Assembly: GCA_942492995.1 (NCBI GenBank)
Contig: OW818653.1
Location: forward strand, 690,001 to 722,000
Source of the DNA: an uncultured Erysipelotrichaceae bacterium
GTDB lineage: Bacteria > Bacillota_I > Bacilli_A > Erysipelotrichales > Erysipelotrichaceae
DNA length: 32,000 nucleotides
Direction: 5' to 3'
Position numbers and translations under genes: made by a program. Shown one piece after another: positions 1 through 8,104 of this stretch. Numbering within the stretch: position 1 is the stretch's first letter; the number at the start of each line of letters is the position of its first letter. The notes below the pieces were generated by a model. The model searched no databases, was not told where the DNA came from, and saw only the letters and a list, made by a program, of their open reading frames with translations.

Positions 1-622
1 CAAGTAAATCAGCGATTGTACATGTTGGATTGTTTAAACGATAGATACATGCATCAATGACTTCTTTTAAGTTATGTGGAGGAATGTTTGTTGCATAACC
101 TGCCGCAATACCCGTTGCGCCATTAACTAATAACTGAGGTACAAGTCCTGGTAAAACCGAAGGTTCTGAACTCGTATCATCAAAATTTGGCGTAAAATTA
201 ACTGTATTTTGATCAATATCCTTTAATAAGAATTGGCCAAATGCAGATAATCGTGCTTCTGTATATCGCATTGCTGCAGCTGGATCATCATCGATTGAAC
301 CATTATTCCCTTGCATATCAACTAAAGGAATATTCATTTTCCAATATTGACTCAAACGTACCATCGCTTCATAAACACTTGTATCCCCATGTGGATGATA
401 ATTACCAATTACTAAACCAACTGTTTTCGCCGATTTACGATATGGTTTTTCAGGTGTATTTCCATCCGCATACATTGCATATAAAATACGTCTTTGTACA
501 GGTTTCAAACCATCACGAACATCCGGTAACGCACGTTCCTGAATAATATACTTTGAATAACGACCAAAACGATCAGCCATTATACTTTCTAATGAATTAT
601 GGGTAAACTCTAACTTATCCAT
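1..622 (-). CDS. parC: DNA topoisomerase IV subunit A (ParC), N-terminal 207 codons; the gene continues past the left window edge
   Basis: Absent from the ORF track because it has no in-window stop. My translation from the ATG at 622 reads [51 protein letters not shown]...[22 protein letters not shown]..., the GyrA/ParC N-terminal signature. The ATG overlaps the parE stop by 8 nt, consistent with a parE-parC operon. Confidence 0.9.
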   Translation of the reverse strand, partial: MDKLEFTHNSLESIMADRFGRYSKYIIQERALPDVRDGLKPVQRRILYAMYADGNTPEKPYRKSAKTVGLVIGNYHPHGDTSVYEAMVRLSQYWKMNIPLVDMQGNNGSIDDDPAAAMRYTEARLSAFGQFLLKDIDQNTVNFTPNFDDTSSEPSVLPGLVPQLLVNGATGIAAGYATNIPPHNLKEVIDACIYRLNNPTCTIADLL

Positions 623-2540
623 GGTTTGACTCCTTCGTAAAATCATCTTCTAGAGTGAAAGCGACATGTTTCTCAATCCAATCACGACGAAGATCAGCTT
701 TATCACCCATTAACACTGAAACAACTCTTTGTGCAATAAGCGCATCGCCTAAATTTAATTGAATTAAACTTCTCTTACTTGGATCCATCGTAGTTTCCCA
801 TAATTGATCCGCATTCATTTCACCTAATCCCTTATAACGTTGTATTTCAACTTTGCCCCATTCTTGCATGACTTGTTTTAATTCATCATCCGAATAGAGA
901 TACTTAAATTGTTTACCCTTACTAACACGATACAAAGGAGGTTGAGCTAGATAAACATACCCATTCTCAATTAACGGTCGCATGTATCGATAGAAAAACG
1001 TTAATAATAAAACTTGTATATGTGCTCCATCTGTATCCGCATCGGTCATAATTATAACCTTATTATAATTCATGTCCTTTATCTCAAAATCACTTCCAAC
1101 ACCTGCACCTAAAGCATGGATTATTGTATTTAATTCTTCATTCTTTTCAATATCAGTAATACTTGCTTTTTCAGTATTTAAAACCTTACCTCTTAGCGGT
1201 AATATTGCTTGTACTTTACTATCTCTACCCTGTTTCGCACTACCACCCGCTGAATCACCTTCTACTAAGAATAACTCAGTTTTACGTACATCTTTAGATT
1301 GACATGGTGATAGTTTACCTGACAATAATCGTTCAGACTTACCATTCTTCTTACCTTTACGTGCATCTTCACGAGCTTTACGTGCTGCTTCACGCGCTTG
1401 CGAAGCACGACTTATTTTCTTTAATATTACATTCGCTAATTCACGATGTTCTTCAAGATAGTAGCTCATCTTTTCACTTACGAAACTATCAACTGCAGCC
1501 TTAGCTTCATTTGTACCAAGTTTGCTCTTAGTTTGACCTTCAAACTGTAATAAATTCTCAGGAATACTTACAGATAGTACCGATGTACATCCTTCACGTA
1601 CATCATTACCTTCAAAGTTTTTATCTTTATCTTTTAATACACCATTTTTACGTGCATAGTCATTAATTACTTTAGTTAATGCGGATTTGTACCCTATTTC
1701 ATGTGTACCACCATCTGATGTACGTACTAGGTTTACAAATGAATAGGTATTTTCTTGATAATCATCGGTATATTGTAAAGCGAATTGAACACCAATTTCG
1801 CCTAAGTTTCCTTCGAAAGTAATTGGTTCATGCATAACAATTCGGTCTTCATTTAAAAACTCGATAAAATTATATAATCCATTATCATAATGAAATACTT
1901 CTGTTTTATTCGCTTTTTCATCTTTTACGGTTAACTTAATACCTTTTAATAAAAATGCACTTTCTTGCGCTCTTTCATTAATTAACTCTGTATCAAACTG
2001 TGCTTTACCAAAAATCTTTTCATCAGGTTTAAAACAAACAGTACTTCCTGTTTTATTCGTTTTACCTAAATTCTCCAATTTCGATATTTTTGATCCACCA
2101 TTGGTGAAAACCATACGATATAAGTTGCCATTAAATGCGACAGTTGCCTCCAACCATTCGCTTAATGCATTAACAACAGACGCCCCTACTCCATGCAAAC
2201 CACCAGCTCTTTTATAGCCACTTTCTGATGAAAACTTACCACCAGCATGAAGCACAGTAAAAATAACCTGTAATGTAGAAACACCAGATTGGTGTAAACC
2301 TACAGGCATTCCTCTACCTTCATCTTCAATCTTTATACTATTATCCTTGCCAATTGTGATTGTAATATTTTTACCAAAACCATTCATAGCTTCATCAATG
2401 GAATTGTCTAAAATTTCCCATACTAGGTGATGTAAACCACGACTATCTGTCGATCCAATATACATCCCAGGACGCTTGCGAACAGCATCCAAACCCTCAA
2501 GAATTTGAATACTTTGTTCATCGTATTGTCTTGTTGTCAT
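615..2540 (-). CDS. parE: DNA topoisomerase IV subunit B (ParE), 641 aa
   Basis: GHKL ATPase and Toprim motifs are present ([57 protein letters not shown]). It lies next to parC and divergent from plsY, as in Bacillus and Streptococcus. Start moved from the track's 2573 to the ATG at 2540 ([12 protein letters not shown]), which has AGGAG 7 nt upstream. Confidence 0.93.
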   Translation of the reverse strand: MTTRQYDEQSIQILEGLDAVRKRPGMYIGSTDSRGLHHLVWEILDNSIDEAMNGFGKNITITIGKDNSIKIEDEGRGMPVGLHQSGVSTLQVIFTVLHAGGKFSSESGYKRAGGLHGVGASVVNALSEWLEATVAFNGNLYRMVFTNGGSKISKLENLGKTNKTGSTVCFKPDEKIFGKAQFDTELINERAQESAFLLKGIKLTVKDEKANKTEVFHYDNGLYNFIEFLNEDRIVMHEPITFEGNLGEIGVQFALQYTDDYQENTYSFVNLVRTSDGGTHEIGYKSALTKVINDYARKNGVLKDKDKNFEGNDVREGCTSVLSVSIPENLLQFEGQTKSKLGTNEAKAAVDSFVSEKMSYYLEEHRELANVILKKISRASQAREAARKAREDARKGKKNGKSERLLSGKLSPCQSKDVRKTELFLVEGDSAGGSAKQGRDSKVQAILPLRGKVLNTEKASITDIEKNEELNTIIHALGAGVGSDFEIKDMNYNKVIIMTDADTDGAHIQVLLLTFFYRYMRPLIENGYVYLAQPPLYRVSKGKQFKYLYSDDELKQVMQEWGKVEIQRYKGLGEMNADQLWETTMDPSKRSLIQLNLGDALIAQRVVSVLMGDKADLRRDWIEKHVAFTLEDDFTKESNHG

Positions 2541-2564
2541 AATATAACTCCTATCTACCACACT

Positions 2565-2593
2565 ATTATACAATAACTAAAAACGCATTGTAA
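2565..2593 (-). promoter_or_regulatory. Candidate sigma-A promoter for parE-parC
   Basis: On the minus strand: TTACAA (2593-2588), a 17-nt spacer, then TATAAT (2570-2565), about 25 nt upstream of the parE ATG. Confidence 0.5.
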
Positions 2594-2612
2594 TGTACAG
2601 GTTAAAATGATT

Positions 2613-2621
2613 TGATATAAT
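2613..2621 (+). promoter_or_regulatory. Candidate extended -10 promoter for plsY
   Basis: TGaTATAAT at 2613-2621. It is followed by a leader with AAAGAGAGG and the ATG at 2645. No good -35 at 17 nt. Confidence 0.5.
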
Positions 2622-2644
2622 ATGACAGTAAAGAGAGGTAAATC

Positions 2645-3253
2645 ATGTTTGATCTAAATCTAGTCTTAGCAATTATATTCGGATATTTATTTGGTTCAAT
2701 TCCTTTTGCGCTAATTATCGGTAAAGTCTTTTACAACACAGATATTCGTACAAAAGGTAGTGGAAACTTAGGGGGAACAAATGCTGGTAGAGTATTAGGC
2801 AAAGCAGCCGGTATCTCAGTCACAGTTTTTGATACATTAAAAGCAACTATCGTTATCTTACTCGTATTTCAATTTGCGCCAGAATATGCCGCAATAGCCG
2901 GAGTATTCGCAGCTGTAGGTCATAGTTATCCGATATTCGCTGGATTCAAGGGTGGTAAAGCTGTTTCATCCGCAGCCGGATATTTATTAGGTATCGCAAT
3001 TATTCAATCAAAAGTTATAGAGTTATTTATTATCCCAGCTTCACTCTTCTTCATTCTATTAAAACTAACAAAATATGCATCATTATCATCAATGATTGCC
3101 GCTACAGTTTCAATCTTCATTGCCTATTTTGTTACAAAAGATTTTGTATTAACATTCTATTTTGTTCTAATTGATGTTTTAATTTTCTATCGTCATCGCG
3201 AAAATATAAAACGATTATTAAACGGAACAGAACGAAAAGTTACATGGATATAA
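2645..3253 (+). CDS. plsY: Glycerol-3-phosphate acyltransferase PlsY
   Basis: 202 aa, polytopic membrane protein with PlsY motifs (GSIPFALIIGK, RTKGSGNLGGTNAGRVLG, GHSYPIFAGFKGGKAV). Synteny with parE. Confidence 0.93.
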   Translation: MFDLNLVLAIIFGYLFGSIPFALIIGKVFYNTDIRTKGSGNLGGTNAGRVLGKAAGISVTVFDTLKATIVILLVFQFAPEYAAIAGVFAAVGHSYPIFAGFKGGKAVSSAAGYLLGIAIIQSKVIELFIIPASLFFILLKLTKYASLSSMIAATVSIFIAYFVTKDFVLTFYFVLIDVLIFYRHRENIKRLLNGTERKVTWI

Positions 3254-3275
3254 AAAAAGGACATTGTCCTTTTTT
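3254..3275. terminator. Bidirectional intrinsic terminator shared by plsY (+) and the yneF-like gene (-)
   Basis: AAAAAGGAC-ATT-GTCCTTTTT is a perfect palindromic stem flanked by an A-run and a T-run. It sits between two convergent stop codons. Confidence 0.8.
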
Positions 3276-3489
3276 ATTTGTACTGCTCCATTGATTTCAT
3301 GATTTGTTTAATTTGTACTTCAGAAGGTTTACGTCCCATCTGCATATACATTGCACGAATCATTTTTTCATTGATTGGTGGGTTTTCTTTAAGTTGTTTC
3401 ATGAATGATCTACGAGTGAAGTAGAACCCTAAACCACCACCAATTAATATACCGAAAATTAAACTTAAGATTGACGATAGAAATTCCAT
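3274..3489 (-). CDS. UPF0154 family small membrane protein (YneF-like), 71 aa
   Basis: One N-terminal TM segment, then LKENPPINEKMIRAMYMQMGRKPSEVQIKQIM, which is the YneF/UPF0154 signature as I recall it. RBS AAGGAAGG upstream. Confidence 0.8.
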   Translation of the reverse strand: MEFLSSILSLIFGILIGGGLGFYFTRRSFMKQLKENPPINEKMIRAMYMQMGRKPSEVQIKQIMKSMEQYK

Positions 3490-3524
3490 AACCGAACCTT
3501 CCTTACTGTTTACTTACTGCTATA

Positions 3525-3553
3525 GTTTACCTTGTTTTTAAATATTATTCAAT
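3525..3553 (-). promoter_or_regulatory. Candidate promoter of the yneF-like gene
   Basis: On the minus strand: TTGAAT (3553-3548), a 17-nt spacer, then TAAACT (3530-3525). Confidence 0.45.
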
Positions 3554-3580
3554 AAAAAAAGGAGAGTATTTAACTCCCCC
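3553..3580 (-). terminator. Intrinsic terminator (minus strand) about 155 nt downstream of the regulator stop
   Basis: The minus-strand RNA reads GGGGAG-UUAAAUA-CUCUCC followed by UUUUUUU. The stem has a G.U pair on the minus strand that would be an A.C mismatch on the plus strand, so it is strand-specific. Confidence 0.75.
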
Positions 3581-3733
3581 AGCAATCATCTAGTCAATTC
3601 ACATGGCCTGTAAATTGAACAGACATTCACCTCCCATCCATAAAATAGGATATCAGATTAAAATATTTTGCATACTATTGTGGACATTTATTTTAAAACC
3701 ACATAAATAAACGTATTTTAATAAAATGTTTAA

Positions 3734-4795
3734 TTATTCTAAAATGAAATTTAGAAGCTTTTGGAGATGTGACTTACTTCTAATCTTTGGATAAACTTGT
3801 TTAAGTATTAATTCATTTATTATTCTAGGATATGGTTCATCTTTAATCAGAAAGAGTAAACGATTAATATCATGACTCATTTCTAATGAATTGTGCTTAA
3901 GAAAACTAAATATACATGTTTCAAACAAAGATTCATCAGAATAATCTTTAATAACAATCTTATGCGCTAAATTCATATACATTAAATTACCGAACATTTT
4001 GGAATTATGATTAAATTGATTTTCAAACATAAGTTTCAGAGGAACAATCGTTTTCTTTAAAAATCCAGATTCATCGATTAATTGTCTATTTCGATAAAAT
4101 GTTCTAAAAATAGTGTTAGGACGATGGTTAAACAGATCATCAAACACACACAATAACTCATGTGAATTGTATTCATCTTTAATTAGTTTACTAACTAATT
4201 CATGTTTAGACCACAATTCAGGGTTAAAGTATACTGAGAACACAAGATAGAAAATTAATATATCTTGAGCTCCTTTATGATATATTTTAAATTTCTGAAC
4301 GTATTCATCAAACTCAACTTTTTGAATTAGTTTAAAACATTTAATCCAATCAATAATTTTTAATAATAATTTATAGTCTTCATCCCATAAAAAATCACCA
4401 CTTATTTTATTATTTGTATCGATTAAAATCTTATTTAGATAGTATATGGAAAGATTATCATTCTTAAACACATACGTATGAAATGTATTAATTGTAGAAT
4501 CAATCAATTTTTGATTAACTTCAATAATTCTATATCTTTTATTAAATCTTCTTAAAAAGAATGTTAAAAGTTTTGCTTCATAAACAACTTTTCCATTTTC
4601 AATCCTTGATAATGTTGAACGTGAACAAATCATATCACCAGGAACAAAATCCATGAATATCTCATCTTCGTGCAGTAAAATAAATTTCTCTTGACGATAT
4701 TTAGTATCATTATTATTATCAAAACGTTGTCTTCTCTCATATCGTATCCAATATCCAATTCTAGAATGTATTTTAGTAATAGTATTTTTATTCAT
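3734..4795 (-). CDS. Orphan XRE-HTH plus helical-repeat transcription regulator (Rgg/PlcR/RRNPP-like), 353 aa
   Basis: Long ORF in about 22-25% GC DNA. The N-terminus has XRE-type elements IGYWIRYERRQR and ICSRSTLSRIENGK, split by a ~31-aa insertion. The remaining ~270 aa is Leu/Ile/Phe/Tyr/Lys-rich and looks all-helical. The size matches RRNPP receptors. Start is uncertain: the ATG at 4795 is preferred over the track's TTG at 4813, and neither has a good SD. Confidence 0.6.
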   Translation of the reverse strand: MNKNTITKIHSRIGYWIRYERRQRFDNNNDTKYRQEKFILLHEDEIFMDFVPGDMICSRSTLSRIENGKVVYEAKLLTFFLRRFNKRYRIIEVNQKLIDSTINTFHTYVFKNDNLSIYYLNKILIDTNNKISGDFLWDEDYKLLLKIIDWIKCFKLIQKVEFDEYVQKFKIYHKGAQDILIFYLVFSVYFNPELWSKHELVSKLIKDEYNSHELLCVFDDLFNHRPNTIFRTFYRNRQLIDESGFLKKTIVPLKLMFENQFNHNSKMFGNLMYMNLAHKIVIKDYSDESLFETCIFSFLKHNSLEMSHDINRLLFLIKDEPYPRIINELILKQVYPKIRSKSHLQKLLNFILE

Positions 4796-4835
4796 AGTGA
4801 TTTTGTGATCCAATCTTATCGAAATTGAACAAATA

Positions 4836-5020
4836 CAAATTAAAACCCGAGTTAACGGGTTTAATTAATGTCCCAAAAGGTGATATATTCCCTGAGAGTC
4901 AGGTGGGTAACATGTGCATATTCTTAGGATTCCTAGCAATGCTTGGCTTTCACACAAATAAGCAACTTCCGTTTCCCTTATATCGAAGTGTCGGAAATAA
5001 CGTTGTCCTTTTGGGTAACT
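4836..5020 (-). ncRNA. Structured small RNA with its own promoter and terminator; candidate 6S RNA (ssrS/bsrA-like)
   Basis: An extended -10 lies just upstream. A 9-bp closing helix pairs CCCAAAAGG (5015-5007) with CCUUUUGGG (4880-4872), and a second helix pairs UAUUUCC with GGGAAUAUA. The hand-fold also gives large internal loops and an apical imperfect hairpin. The element ends in AAACCCG-UUAACU-CGGGUUU plus a U-rich tail (4843-4862). The position immediately 3' of aspS matches where B. subtilis 6S-1 RNA sits, as I recall. Confidence 0.5.
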
Positions 5021-5022
5021 AA

Positions 5023-5053
5023 ATTATATCATATTTTACTTCTTATCAATCAA
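5023..5053 (-). promoter_or_regulatory. Extended -10 promoter driving the sRNA
   Basis: The minus strand has a perfect TGaTATAAT (5031-5023) starting 5 nt after the aspS stop. The -35-like TTGATT and TTGATA lie at non-optimal 19-nt and 15-nt spacing, inside the aspS 3' end. Confidence 0.55.
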
Positions 5054-6781
5054 AATGTGTAATTCATTTAGTTGTTTTTCATCAACTGGACTTGGTGCAT
5101 TTGTTAATGGGCAACGAGCAGACGCATTCTTAGGGAACGCAATAACTTCTCTAAGTGAATCTGATTCTGTTAATACCATCGCAAAGCGGTCTAATCCAAA
5201 TGCGATACCACCATGTGGAGGCGTACCGTATTTAAACGCATCAACGAAGAAACCAAAACGTTCATCAATTTGTTGGTCTGTGAATCCAATCATTTCAAAC
5301 ATTGCTTTTTGCATATCTTGATCATAAATTCTTAGAGATCCACCTGCTATCTCATAGCCATTTAAAACTAAGTCATACGCATGCGCCATGATTTCTGCAG
5401 GATTTTCTTTAAGATATTTAATATCATTTGTCTTAGGACGTGTAAATGGATGATGTTTTGCTAAATACTTTTGGCTATCTTCATCAAATTCAAACATTGG
5501 GAAATCAACTACCCATAAATAAGAGAAATCTGATTTGCTTGTTAAGTTAAGTTTGTCGCGAAGTGCTAAACGAACTGAACCTAATGCATTCGCAGCTCTT
5601 TCCCAATGATCAGCAGTAATTAATACTAAATCATTTTCTTTTAAATTTAAGACTTTGATTAAATCTAGTATTTCTGTTTCACTAAAGAATTTAGCAGCTG
5701 GTCCATCAATTACACCATTTACATATTTCAACACTACTAATCCTTTTGCGCCATTCTTCTTAGCGACATCAGTTAATGCATCTGTTTCTTTACGCGTAAA
5801 ATGTGCGCCATTTTCAAGCACGATTCCTTTAATTGAACCATCTTTGAATTCTAAGGCTGATTTAAATACTTGAAATTCGGAATGAGCAAATACAGATTTC
5901 AATTCATTGAGTTTTAATCCAAAACGATTATCGGGTTTATCACTGCCATAGAAATCCATCGCATCTTGATATCTAAGTTTTAAGAATGGTGTTTGAACAT
6001 CTAAGTCTAATACGCGTTTCATAACGTCTTTAGTCATAGATTCAATGATTTCATGGAATTCAATTTCATCTAAGAATGATGTTTCAATATCGATTTGAGT
6101 AAAGTCTAATTGTCTATCTGCACGTAAATCTTCATCTCTAAAACAACGAGCAACTTGATAATAACGTTCAAAACCAGCGACCATTAGCAATTGTTTAAAG
6201 ATTTGTGGTGATTGAGCAAGCGCATAGAATTCACCTTCATGTACACGTGATGGGACTAAATATTCGCGAGATCCTTCAGGTGTAGATTTCGTTAACATCG
6301 GTGTCTCAACATCGATAAATCCATTGTCATCTAAGAAGTTACGCATCGTACGTACAATTTTAGCTCTTTGAATAAGTTTCTTTTGCATAACTGGACGACG
6401 CAAATCTAAGTAACGATATTTTAATCGAGTGTCTTCAAGTGCATCTGTTTCATCTTGAATAATCATTGGTGTAAGTTCAGCCTGATTAATTACGACAAAT
6501 GAGAGTACTTTAACTTCAATTTCGCCAGTGCTCAATTTAGGATTCGCATCTTTTCTTAGAATTACTTCACCTTTAATTTCAAGAATGTATTCATTTCTAA
6601 TATCTTTGATACTTTCGCTTAGAGATTCATCAAATACACATTGAGTAATCCCTTCTCTGTCTCTTAAATCAATAAATACAATCGATCCAAAATTACGTCG
6701 TTTACTAACCCACCCTACAAGAGTGACAATTTGATTTAAATTTTTTGGTGATAATTCACCACAATTGTGTGTTCTATTCAT
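5036..6781 (-). CDS. aspS: Aspartate--tRNA ligase, 581 aa
   Basis: Class II AspRS motifs are present (FIDLRDREG, YALAQSPQIFKQLLMV, RCFRDEDLRADRQ, GGIAFGLDR). Start moved to the ATG at 6781 (MNRTHNCGEL), with GGAG upstream. It overlaps the hisS stop by 8 nt. Confidence 0.93.
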   Translation of the reverse strand: MNRTHNCGELSPKNLNQIVTLVGWVSKRRNFGSIVFIDLRDREGITQCVFDESLSESIKDIRNEYILEIKGEVILRKDANPKLSTGEIEVKVLSFVVINQAELTPMIIQDETDALEDTRLKYRYLDLRRPVMQKKLIQRAKIVRTMRNFLDDNGFIDVETPMLTKSTPEGSREYLVPSRVHEGEFYALAQSPQIFKQLLMVAGFERYYQVARCFRDEDLRADRQLDFTQIDIETSFLDEIEFHEIIESMTKDVMKRVLDLDVQTPFLKLRYQDAMDFYGSDKPDNRFGLKLNELKSVFAHSEFQVFKSALEFKDGSIKGIVLENGAHFTRKETDALTDVAKKNGAKGLVVLKYVNGVIDGPAAKFFSETEILDLIKVLNLKENDLVLITADHWERAANALGSVRLALRDKLNLTSKSDFSYLWVVDFPMFEFDEDSQKYLAKHHPFTRPKTNDIKYLKENPAEIMAHAYDLVLNGYEIAGGSLRIYDQDMQKAMFEMIGFTDQQIDERFGFFVDAFKYGTPPHGGIAFGLDRFAMVLTESDSLREVIAFPKNASARCPLTNAPSPVDEKQLNELHILIDKK

Positions 6782-8087
6782 GTTCTTCTCCATGATCATG
6801 GTCACATACATGATCTTCATTTAACCAATGGTCTAATTGATGCAATATTTCATTTTCTGATACAGTTACTTGTTCCTGTGTATCGATGCGTTTTAAGACA
6901 ACTTGGCCTTTTGACATTTCATCTTTACCCAATAAGATTACGATTTTAGCTTTCTTACGATCAACACTCTTAAACTGCGATTTAAATGACTTACGATAAT
7001 AATCGTATTCTGCTTTATATCCATTTAAACGTAAATAGTTACTTAAATGATATGCATAATCAAGTGCTTCATCATCTAATGTGATACAGAATACATCTAA
7101 ACTATTATCTTCAGCTAAATCAATGCCTTCCGCATTTAATGCGACGAGTAATCTCTCAATTCCCATCCCAAAACCGATACCACTCATTTCTGGACCACCA
7201 AAATCTGATACTAATGTATCATAGCGTCCGCCTCCAAATACGGTAGCTTGTGACCCCATATCTTTGTTTACACTTACGACTTCAAACACTGTATGTGTAT
7301 AGTAATCTAAACCGCGAACTAATCGATCGGATACTTCAACTTCAACTCCGCTATCCTTTAAGATTCGAATTAAGTCTTCAAAATATTGTTTAGATTCTTC
7401 ATTTAAATAATCTCTTAATTTTGGTGCATTTAACAATGAAGGATGTTGAGCATCAACTTTACAATCCAATATACGTAGTGGATTTTGTTCATAACGTCTT
7501 TGACAATCTTCGCATAAGGTATGTAAATCAGGTTTAAAATGTTCTTTTAAAGCTGTTTTATAAGCTTGTCTACTCTCTTGATCACCTAGCGTATTTACAA
7601 GTACCTTAAGATCATTTAATCCTAAAGTACGTACAAATGTTAATCCTAATCCAATTACTTCTGCATCAATATAAGGTGTTTTATCGCCTAAAATCTCAAC
7701 TCCGAATTGGTGATGGATACGCATACGACCTTTCTGAGGACGCTCATACCTAAAACAAGGACTAACATAATAGTATTTAAACGGCATATCAGGTTGCGTA
7801 TACATTTTGTTCTCAACAAATGATCGGATTAATCCTGCAGTACCTTCTGGTTTCAAGCTTAAAGAACGATCTCCGCGATCTTGAAATGTATACATTTCTT
7901 TATTGATGACATCACTTGAGTCATTACCACGCGCAAAGACTTCAGTGTGTTCAAATTCTGGTGTTCGAATTTCTTCGAAACTATACACATTCATCATTTC
8001 TTTAATCAATGCTTCAATTTTATGCCATTGTCTAACTTCTTTACCAAACACATCTTGTGTTCCTCTTGGAACTTGGAACTTACTCAT
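6774..8087 (-). CDS. hisS: Histidine--tRNA ligase, 437 aa
   Basis: HisRS motifs are present (MSKFQVPRGTQD, YYVSPCFRYERPQKGR, GGGRYD). Start moved from 8138 to the ATG at 8087, preceded by AAAGGAGGAAACTGT. The track's N-terminal extension runs into the T-box terminator. Confidence 0.93.
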   Translation of the reverse strand: MSKFQVPRGTQDVFGKEVRQWHKIEALIKEMMNVYSFEEIRTPEFEHTEVFARGNDSSDVINKEMYTFQDRGDRSLSLKPEGTAGLIRSFVENKMYTQPDMPFKYYYVSPCFRYERPQKGRMRIHHQFGVEILGDKTPYIDAEVIGLGLTFVRTLGLNDLKVLVNTLGDQESRQAYKTALKEHFKPDLHTLCEDCQRRYEQNPLRILDCKVDAQHPSLLNAPKLRDYLNEESKQYFEDLIRILKDSGVEVEVSDRLVRGLDYYTHTVFEVVSVNKDMGSQATVFGGGRYDTLVSDFGGPEMSGIGFGMGIERLLVALNAEGIDLAEDNSLDVFCITLDDEALDYAYHLSNYLRLNGYKAEYDYYRKSFKSQFKSVDRKKAKIVILLGKDEMSKGQVVLKRIDTQEQVTVSENEILHQLDHWLNEDHVCDHDHGEEHE

Positions 8088-8104
8088 ACAGTTTCCTCCT
8101 TTAA

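Noticed and set aside
241-546. Plus-strand 101-aa ORF, and similar antisense ORFs at 1072-1302, 1304-1504, 5055-5321, 5655-5873, 6767-6949, 7903-8184, 10188-10484, 12022-12237, 13301-13738, 14414-14752, 16873-17274, 17575-17796, 19874-20221, 22700-22969, 25500-25868, 27724-27924, 27909-28112, 29457-29651, 30639-30914 and 31548-31763
   Set aside because: All lie antisense inside well-supported conserved genes. Their composition is low-complexity, Ser/Leu/Ile/Asn-rich shadow-frame sequence. They have no RBS and no recognisable motifs.
3545-3589. 14-codon minus-strand ORF (MIAGGVKYSPFFIE) starting at 3589
   Set aside because: It has no SD and runs through the terminator hairpin and U-tract, so it is almost certainly fortuitous.
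3711-3733. AU-only palindrome (AAACAUUUUA/UAAAAU..GUUU) right after the regulator stop, as a possible terminator
   Set aside because: The stem is entirely A-U with a bulge and a minimal loop, which is too weak to call. The GC-containing terminator at 3553-3580 is the credible one.
4836-5020. Riboswitch or leader interpretation of the structured element upstream of the regulator
   Set aside because: I found no sequence able to form an antiterminator with the 5' half of the terminator stem (AAACCCG). The element has the look of a stand-alone sRNA, with a strong promoter, a closed rod-like fold and synteny with 6S. It does not resemble any riboswitch class I recognise.
4825-5022. 65-aa plus-strand ORF (TTG start) covering the aspS-regulator intergenic region
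   Set aside because: The long form has no SD and runs through the terminator palindrome. Only the internal 36-codon version, from the ATG at 4912, has an SD; it is reported separately as a low-ranked alternative to the sRNA.
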